This document shows positions 37,037 through 49,099 of a DNA stretch of 64,000 nucleotides, piece after piece; within the stretch, counting starts at the first letter, position 1, and each line of letters opens with the position of its first letter. A program made the translations under genes and the position numbers. Below the pieces are notes generated by a model. It was not told the origin of the DNA. It worked only from the letters and a program-made list of their open reading frames with translations, and did no database searches. This stretch comes from Callorhinchus milii (Eukaryota): contig NW_024704742.1 in NCBI RefSeq assembly GCF_018977255.1, positions 131,132,001-131,196,000 of the forward strand, written 5' to 3'.

Positions 37037-37895
37037 GTAATAATCCTTGCATTGAATGTAGTAGCTTTCACATCAAGAGGACGTCTCAAAGCAGTTCACA
37101 GGATCTGGAGTGGAGTGACTGTATTTTGTAGCAGTAGCTAATTTGGATACAGTAAATAATAATAATCCTTGTATTTGATAAAACGCCCAAACATGTCTTC
37201 GAGTCGTCTCAAATCACTTCACAGAATATATTATAAAGTGAATTGACTGTATATTTTGTGGGTGAATTGCTGCAGCCAATTGCACAGAGCAGTGTAGCAC
37301 TAACAGTCATGGATTGCTCTGGGTCACTACCCCACGTGAAAGGCGCTTATATAAATGCAAGTTGTTGTTGTTATTGGATTGAATGACCAAATTAAAAATT
37401 ATTTTTGTTTGATGGGATTATTATCCTGGAATAGCTATCCACCAATCGACTAACAACTGGGTTTCTCCTTACTGCTAGGTAAACATAGGAGTGTGGAGTA
37501 AGGAAACTTGCCTAAGGCTTCACCCTGCCTCGGAATCAAACCCAGGTCCTCTCGCTTGCAAGGTGAATGCTCTAACCAATATGTTACAGAACTCCACGAG
37601 TCCCGCAAAGTCCCCCAAACAGTTGTGAAGTAAATGATTGTTGGCTTGAACAACGTGAGAAATTCCTTTTCCTTTTCAAATAGTACCATGAGATCTTTAA
37701 TATCCAACTGAACAGGCAAATGGCATGTTGGTTTAAAGTCTCATCCGAAGGACTGCTCCTACATCAATGCAACGCTCCCCCAGCATTGAACCTTACTGGA
37801 ATGTCAGCCTGGACTCTGATTTCAAAGTCTCGACATGGGGCTTGAACCCACGAGCTTCTGACTCAGAGACGAGAGCACTGAGCCAGGCTGGCACC
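37037..37895 (-). mobile_element. SINE-A host of nested SINE-B (~37157-37595) and L2 tail (37317-37374)
   Basis: SINE-A consensus is collinear across the insertion; TSD tggattg flanks the L2 tail. Confidence 0.8.
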
Positions 37896-38489
37896 TGAGA
37901 ACAAGAGGAGGCTGTTTTGACACATTGAGCCAAGAAACATGTTTTACTGGCTCACCTACTTCTGCCAAGTGGTCTAAAGCTCTGTAGCGAGATGCTAATC
38001 AGGTGATGGATTCAACAAAGCAGCTCCCGAGAATGCCAATGCTTATTGATTCATCATTTTCAAAAATGAACAACATCATTTAAGTGACATGTGGAAGTCC
38101 CATCTCAATCAATGCTGAAAGGGTAAGTCCCCTGAGTGTTGCATTATCTTAGTGAATTTCACAACACGCAAGCGTTTGCACCACACACTGCCTATCAAAT
38201 TATATCCTGTGCATTTGAGAAACTGAGCAAAGGTGACCGGTAGTGGTAGATAAATCTTGTAGTAAACAGGAAAGAAACAGAGGCTCGAAATTCTGCCTAA
38301 CATTAACCCTAAAGATCATTTTCACTTAAAATTCTAAGATCTCACAGAATTGTGGACAACTCTTCAATTTGGGTTTAGTTTGGGAGACGGCTTCTTATTA
38401 AGAACGGCGAGGGAAAAAAAAGGCTTTCTTATTAAGACTGGATTTATGAGTTTTTTTTCCTTGCACGATTTAACATTTGAGGATAAAAC

Positions 38490-38682
38490 CGTCTTGTAGT
38501 GTATGACTCAGTGGAATTGCAGCCCTCTGGGATTTGCTGTGGGTGTTTGAGGCCAGGACGCTGGATTAATTTAAGAAATGGTTTGATGTTGTAATGCGGG
38601 GCAGTGAGATGGGTATTTATAGAAGGACGAAATGAAATGGGCTGAAGGGCCTTCTTCATCTGAACTTCTTCATCTTGTGACC
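38490..38682 (+). mobile_element. Old CR1 3' end
   Basis: tgggctgaagggccttcttcatctgaac matches ~28935-28960 and ~60710-60735. Confidence 0.7.
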
Positions 38683-38779
38683 TTCTGAAGTCCAGGAGGC
38701 ATGATGCAGTTACAGTGACTGGCCCCCATGGTTATACACCACCCCCTCTGTATGACACAGCTATAATTCCAGGGGGTAA

Positions 38780-39135
38780 ATTAATAATAAAAATATCCTT
38801 AATTTGATACAGCGCCACTCATGTCAGTAGAAAATCTCAAAGCACTTCTCTCCACTATAAGGTGGAGTGACTGTATCTTGTAGGCAAATATGGGATCTAA
38901 TTTGCAACAGCAATGTCCCACAAACAACCATGGAGTGAAGACCAATTTCACATGGGGATTTGTTGGACAGGAAACTAGGAGAAAGTCCCTTTGGTTTGGG
39001 GATCTTTAAAGTCTACCTGAACAGGGGATGCGACTTCAGTTTGATGTCTCAGCCAAAGAAGCAGCACATAGGACACTGCAGTGCTCCCCCAGCCCAGATG
39101 ATATGAGTTCAAAGTCCCAACGTGGGGCTTGAGAT
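38780..39135 (-). mobile_element. SINE-A
   Basis: Reverse tail, gatctttaaagtctacctgaacagg, gtggggcttga. Confidence 0.8.
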
Positions 39136-39357
39136 GTTTTGGGAATTTTTAGGAATTGTGCATTGTCAGTGATACAGTGTGGAAGGGGCACACCTCACAA
39201 GGGGTGCATTGTTGGAAGGATGAAAACCAAATTAGAAAGGGACTTGGTGAGGTAGTGAGTGGACATCCTCCCGACGTGAAAGGCGCTATACAAATGTAAT
39301 TTTGTTGTTGTTGTTGTTCACTGATCCTTTTCCTTCAGGGTCTGATCCACATTGTTT

Positions 39358-39655
39358 AACAACAACAAATTACATTTATTTTCGCCCACAAAATAGACAG
39401 TCAATTCATTTTACAATATATTCTGTGAAGCGCTTTGAGACGTCTCAAAGACTTGATAAGGTGAATATCAAATGCAAGGATTATTATTATTATAATTATT
39501 ATAGCGCCTTTCATGTCGGAAGGGCATCCCAAGGTGCTGAACAGTTAAGGCATCCGAGCTGGGGGTTGGAATTAAGAGGGTTGGAGGATAGGGGGAGTGG
39601 GACCAAAGGCACAGTCAAAGAGGAAGGTCTTGAGACTTGCCTTGAAGGAGGTGAG
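39358..39655 (-). mobile_element. L2 3' end interrupted by plus-strand SINE-B tail (~39380-39498)
   Basis: aacaacaacaaattacattt resumes as tatagcgcctttcatgtcgg. Confidence 0.8.
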
Positions 39656-39699
39656 GTTTATATTAAGAGACTCATTTGGAAGTAAACCGCAGTTTCAAA

Positions 39700-40077
39700 A
39701 TACTACCCTCGGAAAAGAGCGGGGGATGAGAAGTTAGTGGGGTCTCCTCAGAGCTGAACCGGCTCCAAGGTGACATGCCTGGCAATGGAATATCGGAATC
39801 GAGTTAATCTTCTGCAGTAGTCTCGGTAGTTGTTTCCTGAGCTAGGCAGGTCCAAGGCACTGTTCATAGCAAAGGAGGCAGCTCTCACCAAACTTCACCA
39901 AAGACAAGAAGAGTATATCCCGCTGGGGAGAGAGTGCGCATTCCATTCCAGACACAGAAATGTAGATGTGTAGGTGGCTTATATATATGAAACTCACAAT
40001 CCAGTTTGAATACTCTTAAGCACAGTGCTGGGTTTCCACATGTGTCAGAAAACCCAACCCGGCTGACCAAAAAAAAC
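39700..40077 (-). repeat. Family X with internal deletion
   Basis: Reverse matches to ~11465-11620 and ~11970-12130; ends ccggctgaccaaaaaaaa. Confidence 0.75.
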
Positions 40078-42019
40078 CGCCCTGATGGATTTTAAACATT
40101 AAATTCTCCTGCATATTTTAATGACATTTATCTACCTTTTTATTATTAATACCTTCATTTAATAAAAGAAAAGTGCTGTTATTTCGAACGTACAAAAAAA
40201 TTGTCTTTGTGTATAATGGAACGGAAATAGAATTTAAAAAAATACTGTCAGGACCAAGTAATGAATAAATTACCACTGTCTTAATCTTTCATGTCTTTTA
40301 ATGGCAATTCCCTGTAAGAGAAAGTGGATTATAATTTGCCGACGGGACGATAAAAGATGAACCGCTATTACAAACAATATACTTCTCGATTGGATATAAT
40401 TTCCAGATTAATCTGCTGTGCGGGCTGAACAGAGATGGGGGTGGGGTGGGGGGGAAATATTTTCATTTGGAGTGCAATTCTTTTTAGTGACAGAATAACA
40501 GAATAGAGAATGGACGTTATCAGCTCTCTGTCATCAAAGAATGCTTCCAGCTTTGTTTTTTTTCTTTTTTTCTCTCTCTATCTCTTTCTCGCATTCATTT
40601 AGCCTTTCAGTTTGAGACTCTACCGATTGTGCCTGCTTCACACTGGGGGAGATAAGTAATCTTCCCTGCCTGTCACTGCTCCCGCAATCACGGCACTTGC
40701 CTGTGCAGTCTAATTGCCATCACATAGCGTTCGAATCGGCACTTCATTTGGACAAAAAAATGACAGCATTTCGTAACCGGAGGAATATGGATGTGGAATT
40801 CCTAATGCAACCACGTAGCGCTGGGAGCAAAGCAATAATTTTCTTAGATGTGCAGTTTTGCGTGGTTTTTTTTAGGGGAAAAAAACTTAGTTTTATTTTG
40901 TAATTTTTCTCTAGCTCTTTCTCTCTCTGACTCTCTCTCTCTCTCCCCCTCCCTCTCTCTGCCACTGTAGCAGACACCTGTCTCACAGGGGTTCACTGTC
41001 CTTTGCTTAATCGTGTGCTGTGCATCCGCTGAATGTTGCAGAGGGGAAGAAAAACAGTGCAGTGATTTATTTGGTAAAATTATACAATATATACATACAT
41101 AAAACCCCACACACACGCACACACATGGAGCCATGACCTGACAAAAAACTTAAGCCAACACCTCTCCAACACCAAAACAAAGAAACAGCATTAACAACAA
41201 CAACAAGTTGGATTTGCATAGCTCCTTTCACGTCGGGAGAATGTCCTATGGTGCTGGATAGACAGGGATTAAGAAACCTCAGTGCATTAACTTCACAAAA
41301 TTGTTTCCCTTACGCTATCGACAGTATCTCACAAAGCCGCTAATTATATTCTGTTCCCCCAGCCTTTTTCTTCCCCGCTGTCTATATTTTGATTCCCATT
41401 TGCCCCTGTGATTGCCTTTTCTCTTCCACCTGTATTTCTATCCCCTTCATCCCCCGCTCTTTCATTCCTCACTCCCCCACCCCTTGCGTTGCGTCTTGCG
41501 AAAGGGTTGAAGCCTGCATTAAAAATGGAACCAATCTGATCATCCTCTGAAGTCTGTCTTTCATCAGCAGGCTTCTGTTAGTTTGCACAACCTAAATAGA
41601 AACATCACTTATTCCGCAGGGGAGGAGACAACGTTTTTTAATATATTCACAGTTTCTGCCGGCTGCGCTCCAAAGACTGAAATGAAAATTTTTGGCAAAT
41701 GTTGCGTGTGTTTATTCTTCTCTCTCTAGGACGTAATCGCTTCCCTTCTTGCAACTCGGAATGGGGTATGATTTGTAACCCATGTGCAAAGTTTGCAGGT
41801 TGGATTAACCAACCACAGCAACAAAATTACATTTGTGTAATGACTTTCATGTCGAGAGGACGTTCCAAGGCGCTGGACAAATGGTGTTTCGGACACAAGC
41901 TGAGGGTTGGGATCAGGGAGGGTGGAGGGCAGGGAGAGAAGGCAAACAAGCACATGTACGCTTAATTTTATTATTGTTATAATTCAGCGACTGACAGCCA
42001 ATAAGAAAGACTATCGAGT

Positions 42020-42200
42020 TATAAATAAAATAATCCTTGCATTTGATATAGCGCCTTATCACGTTTTCGAGACGTCTCAAAGCACTTCATAGAATATACT
42101 GTAAAGTGAATTGACTGTATATTTTGTGGGTGAAATGCAGTAGCCAGTTGCGCACAGCAGTGTCCCACAAACAGTCGTGGATTGACTGACCAATTTATTG
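42020..42200 (-). mobile_element. SINE-B 3' half
   Basis: Consensus-like reverse tail. Confidence 0.9.
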
Positions 42201-42434
42201 AGTCCATACGCATTTGGACATGATTGCATGAAGAAGTTGCATATTTTACGTTTATGTTATTAACCCAACCCACATAATTGTGCCATAACTGCAAAACTCA
42301 AACACCTTAGTATCCAATGACTGAAAAGTAGTCCTGCATTGGTGATAATATAGAAAACTAGTCATGCCTTTGCGACATAAAGAAATGCAGTCCTTGGTAA
42401 CATCTAAAATAAAGTTCTGTTTTGCTAATATATA

Positions 42435-42800
42435 ACAATAATAATCCTTGCATTTGGTAATAGTGCCTTATCACATTGGAAGGATTGCTGTGAAATGGAG
42501 TGACTGTGTATTTGTAGGCAAATGCTGCAGCTCCATTTTGCACACCAATGTCCCACAAACACCCAAGAAGTGAATGACCAATTTTATTTAGAGGATTGTT
42601 GGCCAGGACATGGGAAGAAACTCCCTGCTCTTTTTGAATAGTGCCATGATCTTTAACATCTACCTGAATAGGCAGACATGAAGTTGGTTTAACGTCTTAT
42701 CCGAAGGACAGCACCTCCGACAATGCGACACCCCTCCCCCCTCTCCCCCCAGCACTGCAGTGGAGTATCATCTTAGACCGTGTGAGTTAAAGTCCTGACG
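42435..42800 (-). mobile_element. SINE-A
   Basis: Reverse tail and Deu core. Confidence 0.85.
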
Positions 42801-44444
42801 TGATATCGTACTTGGTTTGGCATTTTAGTTTAACATTGAGTCTGCAACTCCAAAATGAGCTTCAAATATAAGGCAAAATCACTTGGAAAGGTTATTTGGA
42901 GAGATCAGAGAAGAGCCAAGCTGCATAGGAACTCAACCATAAAAGCACTATTTATTGACGAGTGATTTATTGACGATTATAGTCCCTGAAACAAAGATTC
43001 GATCGAGTTCCACTTGAAAAGTAAACAACTGCTGAAACTCATCTTAGCCATCCGTAGTTTGGCTTGTAACTGTTCGGCCTTAAACGTTTCTGAGAAAGTA
43101 TTTAAGAAGGGAAGGGGAATATCAATCTGTTCAAATGTTCTTTTAAATACATTAAGTACTTTGTGGCTGCAACGCTTCACCCACAAGATACACGGTCAAA
43201 CCACCTTACAGTATATCCTTCAAAGTACTTTGAGATGCTTCGGCGACGTGATAAGGCGCTCTTTCAAATGCAAGAATAATTATTATTATTTTATTTCACC
43301 TCAAATCCTTAATCTGTTGTACTATATTTCACAGGGACAGCGCAATATAATAATAATAAGATAACAATCGTCTCGCTTGACATTGCGCCTTTCACATCAG
43401 GAGGATGTCACAAAGCGCTTTGCAGAATTTACTGTAAAGAATGGTGACTGCAGATGAAGGCAGAGCTTTGGAGCAAAGGCATTCTTGGCTGAAGGAATGA
43501 ACTAATGCTGGTTGAGAGAAAAACAGGAGCAATGTTTGTCCATTAACTATGGTTTCATTTTGAATGCACACTTTAATCTTTCAGGTCCTAATAAAAGGTG
43601 CGCTATTATTATTATTAATTATAATAAAGGCTCATTATATTCTCTACAGATTCCTCTTCTCCCAGGCCTTTATCCCTGTATTTATTTCCAGCCACCTAAG
43701 CATCTCGGCTGCCTAATTTACTATGAGATGCATCTTTATTACGGTGCTGCTTGAGGTCATAATTGAACTGAATTCTTTTTTCTAATGCTCACTGCCATTT
43801 GCAGATCTGATAGGGAACCGAGGCTAGCAACTGCGAAACAAAACAATCTGAAACAAAAAATAAATACATGCAAAGTGGAAAGCAGATCCATTTTTTTGAA
43901 AGCTAATTGATGCATACTTTTTTCATATATATATATATATATGTGTGTAGAAAACACCACTGGCAGCTAGCCTTGAAGAATACTGAAGTAAGATGTAAGT
44001 TATTATTCTTAATAGATATTTTCTCTCTTTTTCGCTCTCCGTAAGAATGTATTTGTAAGAACTCATTAGGATTCTGAGCTGGCTGTCACCCTCTAAATCC
44101 ATCTCTTAAGTCATCTGCGGAATAGTAGTTTTGAAATTATTAAGGTTCCTTCCTCCCAGATTCATTGGAAGTGTGTGGTGTCAGCTCCAGCCAAAGCAGC
44201 GATAAAGTGAATTGACACATTGACCTCCTTTGCCAAGAGGGATAATATTACTGCTCAGGTGAATCATTTTTGCACATGACACTTATCCTCATGGATTGGA
44301 TCTGCCATGTACCTGGGAAGGGAAATCGGGATAAAGCTTCTTTTTTATTTTTGCAGGTTGCATGCCGCACGTATGTCCTTGTAAACACTTGCATTGCCTT
44401 CCGAGTCCATCAAGTAATAGCTTACTGGAGTGACAAACGCATCT

Positions 44445-44740
44445 CAACACCAACAATTTGCATTTATGTAGCACCCTTCATGCCAGATGGGTCTCAGAGC
44501 GCTTAACAGTGGCGGAGCCCAGTGTCGAGCCAGGGGGAGGGGGAAAGTTGACCGTAGGCACGATTGAAGAGGAAGGTCTTTAAGCGCGACCTAAAAATGG
44601 GGAGCAACGCAAGGCAAAGGGATTGAGGGAGAGAGTTCCACAGCTTCGGGGCACAGTGGCTGAAAGCACAGTGAGTGGGGCAAAGGGTCTGGAGGTCAAG
44701 GAGCAGGCTGGAACCAGTCGAGCGGAGGCAGCGGGTAGCA
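44445..44740 (-). mobile_element. L2 3' end
   Basis: AFSHCAPKLWNSLPQSL...FRSRLKTFLFNRAYG translation. Confidence 0.9.
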
Positions 44741-45054
44741 GTGGACATGCTAACAAGATGCTGGGATGCCAAAAGAAAAATCTTCCATGCTCCAGTTGAG
44801 TTCACTGTTGATCACGCCACCATTGCAAAGCCTTTCACATGGTTGTGAAGATCTCTTAGTAATTGACTTGACCTTTCTTTGTCTGTGTGTTGGACTTTCA
44901 CACCCATCCCTAGTTGCCTACCTCCCACCTCCTGTTTTGAATAACATTCCCCCCTCCCTGCAATCACTGCTTGCTCTGGACACTGAACGATGTGGAGTTG
45001 TGGACTTGGAACCCACATAATCGAAAGTCAAACTACTTGGCAATGAATGCTATC

Positions 45055-45390
45055 ACGCATAGTGACTGTCTTTGTGGGCGGCGAACACAGCTGCCATTGT
45101 GAGCACAGCAAGGTTCCACAGACAGCCCTGAAGTGAATGACCAACTACCTGGACAGTCATTGGGCTGGATACTGAGAGAAACTTCCTCCTCTTTTCATTT
45201 AGCATCTACCACAAGAGCTGGGAAGATAGGCATCGATTCAACATCTCATCCAAAGGGCGGCACCTCCAATAATGCAGCACTCCCCCGGCACTCTATTGCA
45301 ATATCAGCCTAGATCATGAGTTTGAGTCCAAAGGTTGGGGTTGAATCCACAACTTTCTGATCAAGATGGGAGATTGTGACCGACTGACTT
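45055..45390 (-). mobile_element. SINE-A, decayed
   Basis: aacatctcatccaaagggcggcacctcc; ttgaatccacaactttctga. Confidence 0.75.
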
Positions 45391-46064
45391 TGTTTCACCA
45401 GCACAGGAGACCTTTTAAGGTTTTTCTGAATCAGTCCCACAAAGAACAATGTAACAATGGAAAGAGTACGAAAGAGTACAAACTACGCTGCGTGTGAAGG
45501 GCGTTATATAAATGCAAGTTGTTGATGTTGAGAATGCGGAACTCACTGCCCAAAGCAACGGTCGAAGCAGATCGGATAGATCTATTTAAGAGGAAGCTAG
45601 ATACACATGAGGGAGAAGGGAAGAGATGGAGTGAGGAGTGAGCCAGGTAGAGACTGATATGCAGAATAAGTACTGACATGGAGTCGTTGGGCTGAAAGGC
45701 CTGTATCTGTGTGATAGATTTTATGTAATTCTTTGAGAAAAGCGGCATTTCCTAATATATTTTGTTTTTCACTAATTTTCTATTTATGTCTTCTGGTCCT
45801 TTTTTTTGGCTCACTGTGAAGCAATATTCTTTCAACTAAAGGTTTCCTATCATCTATTACAGTGCCTTCCTTGACAATTTACCACGTTAGTAAACAGAGC
45901 TGATGTTATCTGTGATCTGAGGCTATCACCGCTCCATTGATTGTGTGAAGTGCTAAGTTTTTTTTATTTCTGTGGAATATAGTACCAGGGAGGTGATTGA
46001 AACAGACAGTATAAATGGGTTTCAGAGGCAATCTGATGTACTTCTAAAGAGGAGGGATATGGTA

Positions 46065-46480
46065 AGAACAACAACCTGCTGTTATAAAGCACCTTTCATG
46101 TAGGATAAATGTTTTGGAGTGCTTCAGTGTGACAAGAGAGATCACCAAGTAGAGCGGGAAGATTGTGTTCTTCAAAGATATGGTCAAAGGGTCAAGGTAC
46201 GAGGCTTGAAGACAAAAGAATTTTGGGGAGAGAGTTCCAAAGAGAGGGGCTGAAGGTTCAATGATGTGTTAGATGAAGTATGGAACCACCAACAGATTGG
46301 TATCAGAAAACTGGTTGGTACAGGTGGAAGAATAGGACTAGAGGAAATTGCAGAGGTAGAGTGGAGTAGGGTTTTGAAGAGATTTGCAGTCGACCTGGTG
46401 GAGGTACTGATTGCCAGAGAAGCCTGGTGAGAATGGGTGTATTGGGTGTGCGTAAATGCAGAAACAGTCACTGAGATTTT
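46065..46480 (-). mobile_element. Old L2 3' fragment inside a CR1 3' end (~45985-46600)
   Basis: aacaacaac tail and ggagagagttcca (reverse WNSLP); CR1 sequence on both flanks. Confidence 0.6.
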
Positions 46481-46934
46481 ATAAGAGAAGGTAGGTGCCT
46501 TCACCCTATAGGGGAATGGGAGAGTGTAGGGTATAAACACTGGCACAGGTGATTTGGGCCAAATGACCTGTTTACATGGCTAATCACTCAATGTACCTGG
46601 AGTTGAGAAATTGCTGCTGAGGTATAGATCAGCCATGATCTAATAGATTAGCGGAACAGGCTCGAGAGGCTGAATGGCCTACTCCTGTTCCTACATTCCT
46701 ATAACCAACCATCAAAAAGCATTGGACTTGTTCCAGTACATTAGCCATTACTTGTGCTAAACATTTGCCATCATATCCGACCAATAATATATTCAATGAT
46801 TAACATTAAATGGTCTAAGAAAAGATGAAGTAGCAGAAACCATTCCTGAGTTTGTACAGCATTCCCAATACGATCTTTTATATAACCTTAAACTCCCTCT
46901 ATGACTGCCGTGTGAAGGCACGGCCCATTGAGTA

Positions 46935-47193
46935 TCTAGTCACACAGAACAGAAAGGCACAGGTTGGATTCCCACTCTGTGTTGAGTTAGCTAATCTCAG
47001 CCTGGGTGATAGTTGAGCAGATACAATAGGCTTTAGCCCACAAAATATACTGTCAATTTATTTTACAGTATTTACTGTGAAGCTTCCTGTAATGTCTTGA
47101 CGATGTGATAAAGCTCTATATTAATTCCTTACAGTATTTCCTGTGAAGGAATTATTTATTATTTAGGTTCAGTGGAGGAAATTGAGCCAAGGT
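46935..47193 (+). mobile_element. AmnSINE2-like ancient SINE interrupted by a SINE tail
   Basis: caggttggattcccactctgtgttgagttagctaatctcagcctggg...tacaataggc resembles recalled AmnSINE2 consensus. Confidence 0.6.
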
Positions 47194-47274
47194 GGGAGGG
47201 GAAGAGGCAGACACAGTTACCTTGGTCTATACTTTTTTTCTTAGAGTTTAAAGCTGTACAGATTGTTGAACACT

Positions 47275-47600
47275 AATAATAATAATCCTTGCATTTAATT
47301 TGCTGCCTTTTACGTCAGGAGAATGTTTCAAAGCACTTCCCAGGATATTCTGACTATGTAGTTTGGAGGCAAAAGCAGCAGCCAATTTGCACACAGAAAT
47401 TTTGCACAAACAGCCACAAAGTGACTAACCCATTTATCTAATGGATTGTTGGCCAGAACACCAGGAGAAATACCCTTCTCTGTTTAACTAGTGCCATGGG
47501 ATCTTTAACATCCACTCAAAGAACACACAGATGGGACCTCATCCAACAATGAATCCCTCCCCAAGCACTGGGTTGGAGTGTTCAGACTATGATGTTCATT
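47275..47600 (-). mobile_element. SINE-A
   Basis: gtgccatgggatctttaacatccac. Confidence 0.85.
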
Positions 47601-48071
47601 ATCCTGAAGTGATCCTCACATGCACAGAGCTGTTTAGCAATTGTAACAATAGTGTATTGCCCACAAATCAAATAGTCACTCCACTTTACAAAATATCATG
47701 TATAGTGCTTTGGAATGTCCTACTGACATGAAAAGCGCTATTCCAAATGCAAGGCTTATTATTATCATTATTATTAATATGCTATCTGTCCTAGTAGACA
47801 AATTGAAGACTAAGACTCTGCTGTGATACTGATGAAGTGTGCATACAATACACAGTCTCGAGAATTTAATCAGGTTTTGAGATTTTGCCAGAATTAGTCA
47901 TTTTTTAAACTAAAAGTATTCCCTGATTATTATTTTAGTTTCTTTTTGCATTTTTCTTAAATACATAAACTAAATTACATAAACAAATATTTCCATTTGA
48001 TTTATAGCCTTTCAGGCCAAGAGGATATTTAACATCGATCCGAAAAGGCAGAAAAGACCTTGGGTTAACGT

Positions 48072-48395
48072 GGAGTCCTGTAGCTCAGTGGTTAGAGCAC
48101 TCGCTTTGCAAGCGAGAGACCTGAGTTCAATTCCAGGCAGGGCGAAACCTTGGGCAAGTTTCCTTACTCCACACGCCTAATAATAATCCCTCCAAAACCA
48201 AAAACAATAATAAATTGGTCATTTTCAATCTACGACTGTTTGTGGGACATTGCTGTGCACAATTGGCTGCCGCGTTTGCCCACAAATATACAGTCAATTC
48301 ACTTTACAGTGTGTTCTGAGAAGCACTTTGAGACATCCTCCCGACGTGAAAAGCGCTATATCAAATGCAAGGATTATTATTATTATTATTATTAA
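48072..48395 (+). mobile_element. SINE-B, short subfamily, TSD taacgt, inserted in antisense SINE-A (~48020-48495)
   Basis: tRNA-like head; taacgt at 48066-48071 and 48396-48401. Confidence 0.95.
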
Positions 48396-49041
48396 TAACG
48401 TCTCATCTGAAGTGCAGCACCTCCAACAATAGAGCCCTGCAGTCGAGGGTCAGCCTAGACTGTGAGCTCAAAGTCCCGACATGGCTTGAACCCTCACAGT
48501 TTTCAGTTGCATGTTCTCAGTCGTAGTATTGCAACAGAGCAGAATTGACAGTATTTGTGTGGGGTGGGGAGGGCAAGAAAGCTGTTCGCATTAAGACAAT
48601 TATGTAAACAAATAGCCTCATTTTTAAAACGAAGGAAATTGTTGTGTTAGGACAACTTATTTTGAAGGCATCTAATGCAATTTTAAAAGCAAAGTTAAAC
48701 TAGTGACAAGATCAATGTGATTGGCACAGCATCAGTGGTGAGGTCCTTTCTGCACATCAATCACGTCAGTCAGTGCATCTGACCTGAGCTGACACGGGAC
48801 TGCATTGAGGAAATACAAGTGTCAATAAATTGTTTGAGGGTGAAATCCGCTAAAGTATTTCAAGCAAACTTTGCAATGGCTGCGGTAAACTTATGACTTG
48901 TGTGTTTACGTGCAGACGGCTGGATAGATGCGCAACAGACATCCTATATCTTTATAATAACTGGAGATGTACCGCTAAATAGCAATACAAATGTTATCTC
49001 TCCCCCTTAGCGCTGCTCTGTAGCTTTCATAAGGTGTACAT

Positions 49042-49062
49042 GTTTCTGTCCATGGTGCTGAC
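49042..49062 (-). promoter_or_regulatory. RE1/NRSE (REST binding site) 1
   Basis: GTCAGCACCATGGACAGAAAC, 16/21 to TTCAGCACCACGGACAGCGCC with both core half-sites intact. Confidence 0.65.
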
Positions 49063-49078
49063 TGACAAGACACTGGCA

Positions 49079-49099
49079 GTCGCTGTCCATGGTGCTGTG
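49079..49099 (-). promoter_or_regulatory. RE1/NRSE (REST binding site) 2
   Basis: CACAGCACCATGGACAGCGAC, 17/21 to the same consensus. Confidence 0.7.

Noticed and set aside
38050..38130. Coding exon ending at a GGTAAGT donor (~38122)
   Set aside because: Stop codons occur upstream in all three frames and no clear acceptor was found
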